A stretch of DNA of 64,000 nt from assembly GCA_010093605.1 (NCBI GenBank), contig MU004193.1:875520-939519 (forward strand). Reading direction: 5' to 3'. The notes below the pieces were generated by a model. That model did not search any database. It saw only the letters and a list, made by a program, of their open reading frames with translations, and had not been told where the DNA came from. This stretch comes from Lophium mytilinum. Lineage: Eukaryota. Shown in pieces: positions 21,607-35,626 of this stretch (positions are counted from its first letter, which is position 1; the number at the start of each line of letters is the position of its first letter). A program made the position numbers and the translations under genes.

Positions 21607-23810
21607 ATGGCGAGCTTCGAGGACGACGACGACAATGGAGCTGGTGAGTATAATCCTTGCAATCTAAACTACCAGTTACTAACCTCCAGCCAGGTTCTCC
21701 AGACACGAGTTCAGACAACGATGCCGAGATGGAGGACGCGGACGATGTCGATGCGGAGGGTGAAGGAGACGCAGATGGGGATGGGGACGCGGATGGAGAT
21801 GGTGACGGAGAAGGCGATAACGACGAGGATGAAGGCGATAACGACGAGGAAGACGAGCAAGACGAGGACGAGTCACCTTTGAGACCAGCAAATGGCCGCC
21901 GTATCACTCTCACCAACGGCGTCCCCACCACTCCACGAGCTGAGGGAGCTCGGCAAGGCAGTGCGAGTGTCTCGAATCCGAGGGTCCTATTGACCTCGCC
22001 ATCGCCTAGAGCTGCGTCTCTCCCTGGCGCAGGATTGCCATTCCGACCAAGCGTGCGCGCAGAAGCACTCACAGCTCCCGTATACGATATTGTCCCTACA
22101 ATCGCGGCGCCGCATAGCACGTCTATCAATGCTATTACCGCGACCCCGGATATGCGCTGGGTTTTCAGTGGTGGAGCAGATGGGTACATCAGGAAGTTCA
22201 ATTGGGTGGACACAGCAAACTTCAAGCTTGCTCTCACGGTTGCGCAACGACACCCGTTTGTCGACAGCGTCACAAAAGCTGGAGTGCTGATGAGCTACTG
22301 GGAAAATGAAGAAGGTTTGAGCTATATGGACTCTTGGTGCATGCTCGTTTGCTAATACAAGCCGCAGATCGTATTACCAGGGACGACACGCCGCTCCTCT
22401 CTTCTGTTTATTCGCTTGCTGTACATCACCAAGGTCTATGGCTGCTATCGGGACTCGAGTCCGGAGGCATCAATCTCCAATCTGTGCGCCACGACGAAGG
22501 GAGGCGTATAACTTGCCTTCGAGAACACACCTCTGCAGTATCTGTGCTTTCACTAGCCCAGGACGAGAAGTCGGTGCTCTCAGGAAGCTGGGACAAGAGA
22601 ATCAACGATTGGGACCTGAATACCGGTCAGGTTAAACGGCGCTTCCAAAGCAGTGGCTCGCAGATCTCTGCCATAGAACCACGGCCACTTTCCACCTTAC
22701 CGGTTCCGCAAGACACAGGACCTGCAGTCGTCTCTAACGGAACCTTCTCTTCCAACAATGCAGCCAAACCACAACCCAACGGAGTCAACTCAAACGGAGT
22801 ACCTTCTGGAAGGCCTACTCAGCCTCGCCCGGAAGAGGCCGGCAACGAAGATGCGCAAGGATCCCCTGAAGACTCGCTTTTCGGCGACAAAGACTCCCTG
22901 TTCGGCGACGACAAAAGCGGAGGAGTCGCGCCTTTCGGAGATGATGAAGATGATGAATTTTCCCGAGCAATCGCAAGCGGCATCCAGCAGCAAGACGAAG
23001 AGGACGCAGACGCCCAGGGCGACGTTGACATGATGGACGCAGGCGGCCCAGTCCAGCCACCCGCTCCCATCGCCGACCCAGAGCCATCTACCAGAGAACC
23101 AGCTCCTACCTCGGACGAACACATCACGAACGGAGAAACAGACTCTCAAACGACCGGCACTATGAATGGCCTCCCCCACTCTGAAGACACCTCCACCATC
23201 GCCGGCAGCTCCACCGGCCAAGTCGATCCAGCCCCTTCCTCAGACACCACCTTCGTGGACGCTTCTTTTGACGGAACATTGCGCATTTGGGACCGCCGAC
23301 AGCCTAACCCTGTCGCCCGCATCCTACCTAACCATACCCCCCCATGGTGCCTGAACGCCTGCTGGTCACCTGACGGCAACTTCATCTACGCTGGCCGCCG
23401 AAATGGCACTGTTGACGAATATAGCCTACACAAAGGCCTACGCGAGCCACGCCGAACTTTCAAATTTCCTGGCGTGAGTGGGCCTGTGAGTGCTGTGCGT
23501 GCGATGCCGAACGCCAAGCACCTCGTCTGGTAAGTCAAACCTCTGCCCGTTGCTCCGTTTGTGACAACTACTGACAATTGGTGGCAGCGCGTCCTACGAC
23601 ATCCTGCGCTTGTACGACTTAAAGGAGCAAGAAGGCGCACGATATGCGGCAGTGCCGTACCTCATCGTGCCGGGGCACCGCACAGGTGTCATTTCGCAGC
23701 TGTATATTGACCCAACGTGCAGCTTTATGATCAGTACGGGCGGAAACAGGGGCTGGGAGGGGGCCACGACGGAGGTGTTATTAGGCTATGAGATTGGCAT
23801 TGGCTCGTAA
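21607..23810 (+). CDS. SPT8: SAGA complex WD40 subunit Spt8
   Basis: Acidic N-terminus; YDIVPTIAAPHSTSINAI..FSGGADGYIRKFNW; WD repeats LSGSWDK..WDLNTG and FDGTLRIWDRR; C-terminal GHRTGVIS..GNRGWEG. Three introns. Confidence 0.92.
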
Positions 23811-24189
23811 ATCATTATATATACCCATCATGTTTGCATGGCGTTTTGAGGGCCTGAGGTGGATCTGGGGCATATGCATATGGGAGAAATGGTGTTAGTA
23901 GGCGGCTGATTTGAGAGCGGTTAATTGATACCTTTGTTAGCTGAATGATATGCAGTACTCGGAACCAATGATTTGGAATATAATGGTACTGTCTGAAGTC
24001 CTCTATTATAGCGTGAGAAATTGAAGTAGGATGTAAAGATTTGAAACCTCAGAATTAGACTCTTGTACTGATTAACTGCGTCTCTAAGGCGGGGGCACTA
24101 CAGAGGTGTGAAGCATACGCCAATAGATGTCTTAATTCGGAAACCGAAACTCGATGTTTGTTCTATACCTATCTAATTCACACTAGGAG

Positions 24190-25000
24190 AAGATTCGTTT
24201 TGACTATCTCATCCCGCTGTCTGTGGTCCTCCCATGCATCACAGGATTCCAGGTCTCGATGTAAAGTTTTGGAGCGCATGAATCGGACCATTGCATGGAG
24301 CATTCGTAATCTCCAAGCTAGAAGTAGATGTCGCCCACTAAGGTTCCAAACTACAGCCTTAGAAGTTTCGTTTTGCTACTATTATCCTACCGTCTGGCGT
24401 TCTCCAGCACACTGTAAAAAGCCGGCATAGGATGTAAAGCTCCCGAGCCTTTAAATTAGATGCGCTGCTCGTGCAATCGTGTTTTCAAGCAGTTATTCAA
24501 CACTGTGAAACACGCCTCTAAATTGGAGATGTAGGACCATCATTTTGACAGCCTGATCGTGCTGTCTGCAGCCCTTCAGCATCCTTTCAAACCCGTAATA
24601 GACTGCCATCTCCTTAAGCTCGTAAACGGAACTTGCATCTTCGTAGTTGTAATCCGTGAGTAGATTTTATGGACAATACCTTCGCGACGTAGATTGGAAT
24701 CAAGGGGCTCTCGTTTTGACAACCTGATGCTGCCGTCTGCAGTCCTTCAGCATGCCCTTCAGTATTAGAACGCGATGTAAGAAACCGAGCACGTGAATCA
24801 CACTCGCGTCTTGAGCAGCTGTGATCGATGAGCTTTTACTATACAAGACGCCATTACCAGCAGATCTAGCCCATCCGGCCGTCCGTTTTGACATCCTGAT
24901 CCTACCGTTTGAAGTCCTTCAACACACTGGACACCATGAGGGCACCATGTAAGATTCCAAGCACGTCAATAAGACCGCGTCCATAACACTCTTAAAAGAA
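24190..25000. repeat. Degenerate ~172-bp tandem repeat, about 5 copies
   Basis: TTTTG(A)C..AT..T[A/G]C[C/T]GT[C/T]TG cores at 24198, 24371, 24543, 24714 and 24886. ATGTAA..AGC sub-motif at ~24260, 24432, 24775 and 24947. Confidence 0.75.
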
Positions 25001-25579
25001 ACCTTGAAAACGCGTCGAGGGAATGCTAGTCACGTATCTCGTCGCCCGGATGACTCTCCTTCGACTGACGTCGAGAGCTTGGACAGTTCCATCAGTGGAC
25101 AAGGACCAGGCTGGCGGGCTCAGTCCGAAAAGCAGGTATTGTGGCTGGAACTGCTAGGATACGCGCTCTGGAAATTAAGGAGGTTGTTATGAGTTGGCGT
25201 TGTTGATAGCGGCACAGACGGCAGACGGGCGGCGATTTAGTGACATGGGATATTTTTTCGCGCGCAGCCGGGAAAAAGGACGGCTTGGCCCTGCATCTCC
25301 CGACCGCTCACCTTCTATTATCACTCCACTGTGCAGCCACATGCACCTCGAATCTCTCTCTCCACTGCCGACATATCGCATCTCTCCCCGGATTCCACTG
25401 CCCTCTCCCCGCTTTTAGATTCTCATTGACGATATCTTCACTTTGGAAGCTGCTCGGCCGCCGTGCCTGCGCGTTCTCGCGGCAACCCGGAATGATTGGC
25501 ACGCGACTGCCGTCATCTGCACCTGTTCCCACACCGATATAATTACACCCACCGCCGCACGCCTACGCATGAGACCACC

Positions 25580-27370
25580 ATGGCGTTCAACTTCAACTGG
25601 AGTCCGCTGATGGCGGACACCTCTGCCGCGAGGATAATGCTGACTACCGCCTTGAACAAGTCGCCGAAGCCTCCTATAATCGTCGACGATATCATTGTTA
25701 CCGAGCTCAATCTAGGATCCACACCGCCTGAGCTGGAGATTCTGGAGGTTGGCGACCTGGCCGAGGACCGTTTCCGTGGAATATTCAAGATGTCATACAC
25801 TGGAGACGCCTTTTTGACTCTGAAAACTCGAGTACAAGCCAACCCACTAAACACATACCTATCTACGAAACCTTCATTTGCGTCGCCTCAACCTCTGGCC
25901 GCAGCATCCGGCTTGACCATTCCACTGCAAATAACGCTATCAGATATCCGGTTATCAGGCTTCGTCATATTGGTCTTCTCGCGACAGAAAGGGTTGACGC
26001 TGGTATTTCGCAACGACCCCCTAGAATCGCTGAAAGTATCCTCGACGTTCGACTCGATACCGTTTGTTCGGGACTATCTCCAGAAGGAAATCGAAGGGCA
26101 ATTAAGGGTGCTGTTTATGGAAGACCTACCCGCTATTCTGCACAGGCTATCGCTGCGCCTCTGGTCGCCTGAATACGCAGAAATGGATGACGAGCGCATG
26201 GAACAAGAAGCGAAAGATACCACTGTGCCGATAGACCCTCTAGCGAGTCCTCCTCAAGATGCCGTAGACGCGTTCGGCAACCCTCTGGACGAAGAGCAAC
26301 TATCTGCCTTCGCTCTCGATCCCTCCTCCGAAACCCACGCCTCCTTCTCTCAAAAGAACCTCATCCGATTAGCAGCCCTGACCGAATCCCACCACACCCT
26401 ATCTCTATTCACACCTGCCATGCGAGAGACTGTCTTCCGCGCTTGGGCTGGGGCTTGCGAGCGTAGTGATCAATCAGGGGCAGCTACCCCGTCTCTCACA
26501 CAATCTAGCTTGTCACGCATACAATCCTCATTCGGAAGCAACAAGTCCGAAACCCCATCACTTGCGTCGGGCAGCACCGGGAACGAGACAATGTCATCAC
26601 GCCCAGGTCTACAAAGCTTCAATTCCACGCAAAGCGGCCTGGGAATGGGCTCGCGCTCGAGGACCACACGCAAAAAGAAAACACGCGTTGTCAATCTCCG
26701 GAAGGACAAGAACGCCGACGAAGACGCGCCCAGCGTCGGCACGGACGATTCTGCACCCCCCAGCATCACCGTCTCCGACATCGCTTCCATACCAGAGGAC
26801 CACGAAGAAGACCTCGCAACCCCTCCCAGATCTCCCGTCAAACCTCTCCGCTTCGAAAGCCAGCACGCCACTCTCGACGTCGGCGAGCCCGTGGAACTCC
26901 CAGAACAGCCCGCAGACCCCACACCCACTGCCACTGCACCCCTCCTCTCGCCTTTCAAAACCCCCCGCGGCAGCGGCAGATCGAACGCAATGACCACTCC
27001 CTCTACTCCTCCCACTCCTACGCAAGAACGCCCGAAGATCGGACGTTCGTCGACATCCAGACCACCCCAATCCCACATCCGTCAAATGTCTGGATCAACT
27101 CGCCTCCTACGCTCCTTGTCCCTCGACAAAATGCCCTTCCCAACCCCCAGCTCCAGCTCTTCACCTTCCCGTCACCCGCTCTCACCCGCAGAGTCCGGCT
27201 CGGGCGGTATACTCGAGCAAGCCTGGATGACGAAGATGGCGAACGAGATAGCGCGGCGCGTACAGGACGAGAAGGACAAGGAATCGCGAGGCGAGCAGCG
27301 GGGCGCCAGGAAGCTGGAAGGGATGTGGGAAGCTGGCGATGTAGAAGCACCGCCAGCGTATGAAGCGTAA
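25580..27370 (+). CDS. MDM34: ERMES subunit Mdm34 (SMP domain)
   Basis: Starts [10 protein letters not shown], then [29 protein letters not shown] and [19 protein letters not shown]-terminal PPAY. Intronless, 596 aa. Confidence 0.95.
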   Translation: MAFNFNWSPLMADTSAARIMLTTALNKSPKPPIIVDDIIVTELNLGSTPPELEILEVGDLAEDRFRGIFKMSYTGDAFLTLKTRVQANPLNTYLSTKPSFASPQPLAAASGLTIPLQITLSDIRLSGFVILVFSRQKGLTLVFRNDPLESLKVSSTFDSIPFVRDYLQKEIEGQLRVLFMEDLPAILHRLSLRLWSPEYAEMDDERMEQEAKDTTVPIDPLASPPQDAVDAFGNPLDEEQLSAFALDPSSETHASFSQKNLIRLAALTESHHTLSLFTPAMRETVFRAWAGACERSDQSGAATPSLTQSSLSRIQSSFGSNKSETPSLASGSTGNETMSSRPGLQSFNSTQSGLGMGSRSRTTRKKKTRVVNLRKDKNADEDAPSVGTDDSAPPSITVSDIASIPEDHEEDLATPPRSPVKPLRFESQHATLDVGEPVELPEQPADPTPTATAPLLSPFKTPRGSGRSNAMTTPSTPPTPTQERPKIGRSSTSRPPQSHIRQMSGSTRLLRSLSLDKMPFPTPSSSSSPSRHPLSPAESGSGGILEQAWMTKMANEIARRVQDEKDKESRGEQRGARKLEGMWEAGDVEAPPAYEA

Positions 27371-27536
27371 CAATCTGGCTGGTCTTGATGACGTGATGAG
27401 GGATTTGGGATAGGTATGGTCGGATGTATTATATATGGGTAGGGCTGGGCTAGGATAGGGGTGGCTTGGCTTTGGGTTTTTTGTGGGTAACAAAAGTATA
27501 AATGGCGTTTGGCTGCATGGATTGCATGGACTGATG

Positions 27537-27770
27537 GATGGATTGGAAGGATGTGGATATACCCTTACCTTGTCCGTCGTTAGTATAGTTAATACTCTGA
27601 GCTGGCATGCTCGGAATACCTCCACTCTTTGAGAATACGGTTGATGGTTTGGGCTAGATGGATTGGGGGATGGGAGGATGTGGATATACCCTACGTAGTC
27701 CGTCATTAGCATAATTAATTTTTTTGAGATTATCATACTCAAAATATCTCCGTTTCTAGAATTATGGTTG
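27537..27770. repeat. Imperfect direct duplication, period ~127 bp
   Basis: AGGATGTGGATATACCCT..GTCCGTC(G/A)TTAG at 27548 and 27675, with continued similarity downstream. Confidence 0.7.
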
Positions 27771-28098
27771 CTGTTTCTCCTCCGTTAATGCTAATACAGA
27801 TTCTTGGAAGGAATTCGGCATGACCCCCTTGGAAAGGATATGAAGAGACTACAAAGCTGGTGCTGGTGTGCAAGAAGTGAGGCACTATACTTCAAACTAC
27901 GGTAGACATTGTTGATTCCAACTTAGAGATTTTTCAGGTATGACGCTTAACCTTGACATGTATGTAGGGTGTCATGAATGGAATAGAATCCCAGAATGGG
28001 AGCCCCACTGGGCAAAGAAGCTGATTGAGGCGATTGAACTACTCGTAGTTATATTACAATTACCTGAGCTGTTCTTCTTGCAGATATTCAAAATACTC

Positions 28099-28584
28099 TC
28101 ACGCCTCCCCTACAGTCTTCTCATCTCCTGCTAGGATCTTCCGGACTGCGGCAACCTTGTCATCAAAGGTCTGCTTCTTGTCGATCCGCGTTCCGATTCG
28201 TATGTCGCTCTGGATTCGGACGACGCCGTTGGCGTGGAGGAGGGCGTGGCATTGACCGATAGTCTTCGTCACTTCATCCCACGACCCTTCTGAGGATTTA
28301 TATTAGCAAAGCGTGTCATGTCACATACAAGTGTCAGGACCTCAGCGTACCGAGAGTTGTACCAGCGGAGTGCATTGAGTACGTCAGACCGGATCTCTTT
28401 AAGATTCGTTGGACTACCAAATGATTTAGAGTTGATTAAACCTTGAGCCTAATCAGCTGTTGCGAATATAAGTACCTTCTGCGACCTCTTTTGACACAGA
28501 AGCGCTGGGCGTTCCGATTGGGATCAGACAGAAGTCTGCTATGCATGCCGGAGGCGTCGATATGTTTGAGAGATCTGCCGACAT
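28099..28584 (-). CDS. ECM15: UPF0045 / thiamine-binding-protein family (Ecm15-like)
   Basis: Spliced reading MSADLSNISTPPACIADFCLIPIGTPSASVSKEVAE / VQRILKRSGLTYSMHSAGTTL / EGSWDEVTKTIGQCHALLHANGVVRIQSDIRIGTRIDK..GEA*. Two introns; not visible in the ORF track. Confidence 0.88.
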
Positions 28585-28904
28585 TTTGGGGTATGGATTG
28601 GGTATCTGAGTCGTGGAGAGAGCTAGATAATGGAGTGTAGTTGAGGAAGCACGTGATGGTTAGCTCGGAGCTCCACAATTCTATCGAAGGTCACCGAAGG
28701 GCGACGCCAATACGTAGTAAAGGGCGGCAGGCTGCAGATTCACCCCCAGCACTTGAATCTCTCATAAATATTGACTACATATTGGAAACAAAGTGCCCTC
28801 TCCATCTCGAAGCTTCAAAAGTCAATCCTAGCCTTGAGGCTAGAAACCTCATCCCACTTCACCCCGCCACCCCACCACTCACGTCAACATCATCAACCGC
28901 AATC

Positions 28905-30630
28905 ATGGTGGTAGACTACAGCAAATGGGTATATACCCCCTGAGATACTCTAGCAGCCCCATTCCACTCTAACAAATCCCTAGGACGCGCTAGAAATCAG
29001 TGACGACTCGGACATCGAAGTGCACCCAAACGTCGACAAGAAGTCCTTCATCCGCGCCAAACAAGCCCAAATCCACCAAGAGCGCGACCGCCGGCGTCAC
29101 CAGATCACCACTCTCAAGTACGAGCGCATCATCAACGATGGCCTCATCCTGCGCATCGACAACCTCCTTACCGCCCTCAAATCCCACAAGGCCGACGCCG
29201 ACGACTCAGACAAGCTGCTCTTCCGCTCTTTGATCGAGTCGGCGGATCCGGCGAATGACCGGCCTCCGAACCCCCCGCCGGGCGTGCATGATCACATCAA
29301 GGAGAAGCCGACGTATTCGCAGATGATGGGCTCGCTGTTGGACCAGGTTAAGAAAGAGGTGGATGAGGCCAAGGCTGAGAACAGGCTGGAGGCGTTCATC
29401 ACGGAGATTGGGAAGCATGGAGATAGGGTTAAGGGATTGCAAGGGGAGCTATACGCTAAATTGGCGGAGCTGGAGAAGGAGGAGAAGAGGCATATCACGA
29501 GTGACGACATACACACAGGCTTCGACTACTCGGATGTAAGTTCCAAGCTCCCCAATACCATCCGTTGTGAACCAAGTATTAACAAGTTCTCTAGGTCAAA
29601 GCTGCTGCACCTATCCCATCCTCTTCTACCACCAGCAAATCCAAGCCCCAATCCACCGTCGAGGTCCTCAACCCCGGCGCTCTGCAACGCGACCCCCTAA
29701 CCCGCACCGACACAGGCCAATCCTCCGGCGCCGACGCCGACATCGAAGAAGGCACCAACGACGACGACGGCGACGAGACCGAAGCTTCGCCCCTCGGAAA
29801 AGAATTCGCAAAGATCAAAGCCGGCGACTACAGAGCCTGCCTCGCCTTCATCTCGTCGCACCCGGAAGTGCTCTCGGAGCGCGAAACCGACGGCCTCCTC
29901 GTCGAAGCCTTCAACAGCGAGCTCGACGGCAAGCACAAACATGCGAGGCAATGCGTGCACCAAGCCCTGCTCATCCAGTACTGCCGCCAGCTCGGTGGCC
30001 GCGATGGAGTTGGGCTGTTCTTTAAACGGTATATACACTACCCCTTAATCACCCTTCCAATTTCATCCCCCCCCGTCAAAATACTGGATTGCGTATACTG
30101 ACACTTGCCTCCCCAGTATCACTACCAAAGATCACCAAGCCAACAAACTCTTCACCGACGACGTCGACTCCACCTACCGCCGCATCCACACCCGCGCCGC
30201 CGAGATCGCCGCTGAGCGTGCCGAGAACCCCCAGTCCGCCGAGGGCGTCGAGCAGATCCAGCTGCACGCCGTCGACCCGAACACCAAGATCAACATCTCG
30301 ATTCCGCCGGAGAAACCTACCTCAGAAGATGCCGACGAGCGCGCGGGGCAGGAGAAAGCGAGGGCTGTGTTTGACGCGTTCCCACCTGGCCTGCAGCGCG
30401 CGCTGGAGAGCGGGAGTCTGGATGAGGTGAACAAGGTGCTCGCAAAGATGAGTGTGGAGGAGGCGGAGGAGGTGGTGGGGAAATTGGGAGAGGGAGGGAT
30501 GCTAAGTCTCGAGCAAGGGGTTATCGATGCTACGACCGAGGAAGGAAAGAAGGCGATGGAGGAGATTGAGAGGAGTGGGCGGATGCCGGGGGTCGTGGAG
30601 GAAGAAGAGTTGGCTGGGGATCCAGAGTAG
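28905..30630 (+). CDS. CDC37: Hsp90 kinase co-chaperone Cdc37
   Basis: MVVDYSKW/DALEISDDSDIEVHPNVDKKSFIRAKQ; C-terminal FPPGLQRALESGSLDEVNKVLAKMSVEEAE. Three introns. Confidence 0.95.
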
Positions 30631-30974
30631 GTGAGTTGAGAGGAGTGGGAATCAGGGGGTTTCGAAGATCAAGGGGAAAATGAGATCAGACGATACGATT
30701 ACATGAGAGGAAGGGAGGATACGTGGTTGCAAAACTGTGTAGATGTATACCTATACTTCGAATCTGGCATCGAACTAGCTTATGAGTACAAATTCTCGAG
30801 TCAAGAAGTGTTTCCATGAGGACCGCAAGTACACCTCGATATGCCCAGCTACTCCCGAAAAATATTCCTAAGATCTTACAATGAACCCCGTAACTCAAAA
30901 ACCCTTCCGTCTGTCCTCGAAAGGTACCTGAACTTAACCCGTCGTCTCTTGCTCATGCTCACGTTCTGCTAGCC

Positions 30975-32415
30975 TTATAGCATCCCGGCAACATCATCAT
31001 CAATCCCCGCCATCGCATCGTCCCCCACGAACGGCGCAAACTCGTCCTCAGCTGCCGACCTACTCATCTTCCGCTTCTTGTTAAAGCCCCCAGCTCCAGA
31101 TCCAGGATGTATAGCCGGATGCCCATTCCCATTCAATATCCCGCTCGCCGCTCCGCCGCCCGTCAGACTCGACAGCAGATCCGCGCCCGGCGCCGCAATC
31201 CCAGTTGCCGGCGCCGAGAAGTGCGACGAATGCGGTGGGTGCGGTGCTGGCACAGCCACGGGCTCAACAAGGTGATCCAGCGGCTCCGCAAAAACATCGT
31301 CAGGGACATCGGGGAGCGGCACTTGCGACGGCGAGCCGACCGGCGTGAACGACTCGACAGGCGGCGGCGTAAGCTCCTCCGCCTCCGGCCGCTGGGGGTC
31401 CGCATCGAGAGTAATCGACGACGTCCTCGACGGAATCGGTGTGATGCGCGTCGCGGTCTCCGCAGCAGACAAACCCCGCATGATAGCGTCCTCGACATCG
31501 CGCTTCCGCGTCTCGATCGCGGTCCGGCGGGTGCTCAGCTCCGCTTTCTGCTGCTCCTCTTTGGCGAGTGTGCCGCGGTGGGCGTCGAGCATGGCCTCGA
31601 AGCTGGCGATGAGCTTCTTGCGCGCCTCGATGGAGGTGGCGACGGCGGTTTCGGCGGTGGCGAGGGTGCCGAAGAGGGTGGAGAGGCGGGCGGCGTGCAC
31701 GGGGGGCGTGGGCACGGGGTTGGCGTGGATTTGCTGGTCGTACATGGCGTCGGCGTTGTCGACGGCGGTCTTGGAGAGGGTCGCGGCGCGTGTGCAGGCG
31801 GATTGGAGGGGGAGGAGGGGTTGGAGTTCTGGGGGGGTGGTGGAGGAGTTGCTGGCGAAGAGGGAGCCGCCCAGGGCTGCTTTTTTTCCGGGGCCGCGAG
31901 AGCGGTCGACTTCTGGGGTGGTGTTAGGATGGGGTCTGTTTCTGGAAGGAGGAGTTGGGTTTGTACCGTCGAGTTGTTTCTCGATTCCGTCTTGCGTTGG
32001 GTTGTCGAATATAGCTCGTTGTCGCCATACTTCGACTACTCGTCGGAGCTTCCCTTGTACGTCGCTAGAGGCGCCTTTGTAGGCGTTGGCGGTCGCTTCT
32101 GCCATGAGAGGCGCGAACGAATTGACGAAATCGAGTTTACGGCGGGCTTTCGACTGCTGGCAGATTTCTGGATGCGATTGTTAGCTTTGTTTGGCACACG
32201 AGGGTATCGAGTATCGAGGATATACCGTTTGCGAGGTAGATCAGATTCAGCCTCTTGTTTGGCGCCGACTCCTTCAACCGGACCATCCATAGCTGGGCTG
32301 TTCGGTCTGTTTGTCGACGGTGGAACATGATCCATTGCGCGACAGTCACGATGCCATCCTGCGTGTCATTGAGGCTGGAGAGCTTTGCCCTCACGGCATC
32401 GTCCGTGTATGCCAT
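30975..32415 (-). CDS. RTT103: RNA Pol II CTD-interacting (CID) protein, Rtt103/RPRD1-like
   Basis: MAYTDDAVRAKLSSLNDTQDGIVTVAQWIMFHRR..KRLNLIYLAN, then KLRRVVEVWRQRAIF. Spliced. Confidence 0.85.
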
Positions 32416-32738
32416 CACACCTGAAACAAGTCCAAGAAGCTTCACAAAATCACGGCCCTAGCTGTACAGTGAGGTGGTCTTCCAAGTGCTATATGTGGTG
32501 TGCTTCGCAGAGGGCTGAGTTGGGTTTGTGATGCGACGTCGTCAACAGCATGAAGTCGAGTAAAACTAGGGCACTCGGACCACATGTCACATGACGCGAT
32601 TTCAGGGCGACTTCCAGCCTGGGAACTTCTAGTCTCTTTCACCAAGACAACACCGCCGCCAACACCCTCCTATAGTTTCTCTGCCGCGTTGACACCTCAA
32701 GCCTTCTCTCCCACATCTTCCACACCTACAACTCCACA

Positions 32739-33634
32739 ATGGCGGACCGATTCCCTTCATTGGACGAGATCGACGCCGGTTTGTTTCTCCAGGCACACCC
32801 TTGAGATCTCACCTACTGACTGCTTGTAATTCAGGCCACACCGAGCCGCGCGGCAACTCGAACTTCGACCTCGTTGGTGATGCCACTGATGACGGCGACG
32901 ACTTCCTGTCCCGCGAGCGAGCACTACTTGGCGACGACGCGAACCAATTCACATCCCCAGGCGACCGAGTAGCGACTGTTGAGGACGGTGGAGATGATGA
33001 CTTGCTGGGTGGAGGGGACTTCCAAGGTAACGCTGGTGGACAGGAGATGGCTGGGTTCGAGGACTCTTTCCCGGCGATTGACACTACAAACGACGTACGT
33101 CTACATTTCCCAGCGCACAAGATCAATAGCTTCAGAAGTGAAACATGCTAATTAACTATGCAGCACATGGCCCCAGGCGGAACCATAACCGGCAGCACTC
33201 TTCCATATCTCCCCGGTGCCCCCACCACCGGCCGCGCATATACCCCAATGCGCTCAGATTCCCCAGAGCCAGATGTCATCCGAGAATGGCGCGAGCGACG
33301 GGATCTCCAACTCCAGCACCGCGACGAGGTGTCTGCGGAGCGAAAGCAACAGACTGTCAAGGAGGCACAGGAGAACATTGACGACTTCTACGTCAACTAC
33401 AACAACAAGCAAGAAAAGCAAATGGAGCAGGCACGTCGGGAGGCGGAGGAGTTCCTAGCTTCGAGAGAGGATACTTCATCCGGCGGAACGTCATGGGAGC
33501 GAATTGCGAAGCTTGTGGACCTGAGTGGAAAGGGTGTCAAGGGCGGAGCTAGCGGAAGTGAGAAGCAGAGGTTCAGAGAAATATTGCTGAGCTTGCGGAA
33601 AGATGAGAAGGCCCCCGGAGCCACCGGCTACTAG
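32739..33634 (+). CDS. CLC1: Clathrin light chain
   Basis: MADRFPSLDEID; DDFLSRERALLGDDA; EPDVIREWRERR; GGTSWERIAKLVDL; FREILLSLRKDEKAPGA. Two introns. Confidence 0.95.
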
Positions 33635-34137
33635 GTCGCACTATCATCCGGCGTCTGTGGATGGTTTGGTGCTGGGCGGTAGACGGACATAAGTGACATT
33701 GGGCGGAGCTGGTTGCAGAGGTCTTCTTTGGGTCTCGGACGGCCTTTGTATGATTTGGGCGTTTATATCGGTTCTTCGAGAGCATTCTCTGCACTGGCAC
33801 TCTGCTTTGCTGCAGAGTTTCGAAAACAGTGCAATGTGTTAATATAATCATCCCAATCCAGCCATCCCATGAAGGCTCGTCTAGAAGTCCGTGACATCAC
33901 CCATCATTCGCTCTTATGAAGCATCATCAAGCTGATAGACAGCCCATTCCCAAGCCCAACCCGAACTACTGACCACTCCATCTCAGGCCGGTCCGAGATG
34001 AGTTGCCAATTTCGCTCTAGTCAGCCGCTTTTTCGTACGCGAGACATCAAGCTCCGTCACCACCGCAACGCCGCACCTCCACCCTTCACCTCCCATCTCC
34101 ATCCCTATCGAACGACAAAGGGGCGTTCGAGGTGACA

Positions 34138-35626
34138 ATGGCAGACATCATCAAAGGCCTCTTCGGAGGGCCCAAGTCCGCCGCGCCATCTGCTGCAGAC
34201 GATGGTATGCACATCTCCCAAGCTTCATTCCCCACATCTCGTCCACGAGTCGCAACTAACCACCAGTCCTCTCTACAGAGTTCGCAGACTTTGCCGGCGC
34301 GCCATCTCCAGTTCCAGTCTCCTCTTCTCTTGCGTCTGGTGTCCCTCCGTCCCCCGCCTTCGCCGCAACCACTGGCACTCCAGTCCCCTACACGGCCTGG
34401 TATCGCGTGTGGGAGCGCACGACGATCAATGACTTTCGCCAGGAGATGTACATTGCGCCGTTCATCATCCTCGTCATCCTCGTGCATGTCTGGGGCACCA
34501 AGACGAACAGGCGCAAGGCGCGCGGATGGATCACCTCACACGCGCCAATTCTGCACAAGGAGTTCGCGTTAGTAGGCTTCGGCGTCCGACCAAAGGCGCC
34601 AAGTGCGGACGATGTGAGCGCCATGGGACTGCGACAAGCGGCTGAGGCCGCGGCTGCGAAAGGGGACTTCACGACCATGTTGAAGGAAAAGGCTGCGAAC
34701 GAGTTCACGAGCTATGCGACCGGCCGTCAGAATGTCGCGTTCGTGGACTTCAAGCTTAGCATGTACAAGCGCTACAACCCGCTGGTGTGGCTAGGAGAAG
34801 TGTTGTTTGCGCTGTTCTTCGACAGCTTGCCGGCGCCGGAGGAGAGAGTTGAGGCGACGTTGTATCTGTTCGACGGGCGTGAGACTAAGCTTGTGCCCGG
34901 CGGGGAGCTTCTGAAGAAAGTTGGAAACTCGAATGTGGATGGCTTCGTATGGGGCATCGTCCACAAGGATCTCATGAGGCGTCTACGGGAAGATCGCTAC
35001 GACCTTAGTCTCACGACAACCAAGGACCATGAGAAGCTGCCCGTGTGGGCCACCATCATGAGCGAGAGCGCAGAGGTCACGACTACGTTGTTGACGCCCG
35101 AGCTGATCAAGGCTGTGGAGCAGGCGGGAGAGCTCTTGGAGGCATTGGTTATCTCTGACCAGCCGCAAGACCAGCCAAAGAAGTATGCATCTTGTTATAC
35201 TTTTTTAAATTCCGTTTCCTACAATCTAGAAGCTGACCATCGCGCCTTAGACTCGACGAAACAATCCCCAAGAAGCGCATTTCTCTCTCCATGAAGCTCC
35301 CTTCGAACGCAAGTGACTACGAAGCGACCCTCCCGCTTTTCCAGTACTTCCTTCGCATGTCCGATCACCTCGCGTCGGTTGCCCACTTCCGCCCCGAAGC
35401 CATGCGCCGCATTCGCCAGACCCGCGAGGACGAGATCCGCAAAATCAAGAAGGTCGACGAGCAAGAGAAGGCTGAAGAGCGCAAGCTCGAAGCTGACAAG
35501 GCCAAGAAGGAGAAGCGGGACAACCTGCTGAAAGGCATGAGTGCCGACGAACAGCGGAAGTTCCTGGACAAAGAACGGGAGAAGGATATGAGGCGGAGTC
35601 AGAAGAAGACTACCGTGAAGGGATAG
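34138..35626 (+). CDS. DUF1682 / CCDC47 (PAT complex) ER membrane protein
   Basis: Single TM (APFIILVILVHVWG..NRRKA), EFALVGF, YATGRQN, and a highly charged coiled-coil C-terminus (MSADEQRKFLDKEREK). Two introns. Confidence 0.85.

Noticed and set aside
31107..32330. 407-aa plus-strand ORF (likewise 21605-22273 -, 40198-40914 +, 49045-49749 +)
   Set aside because: Antisense shadows of real genes caused by codon bias.
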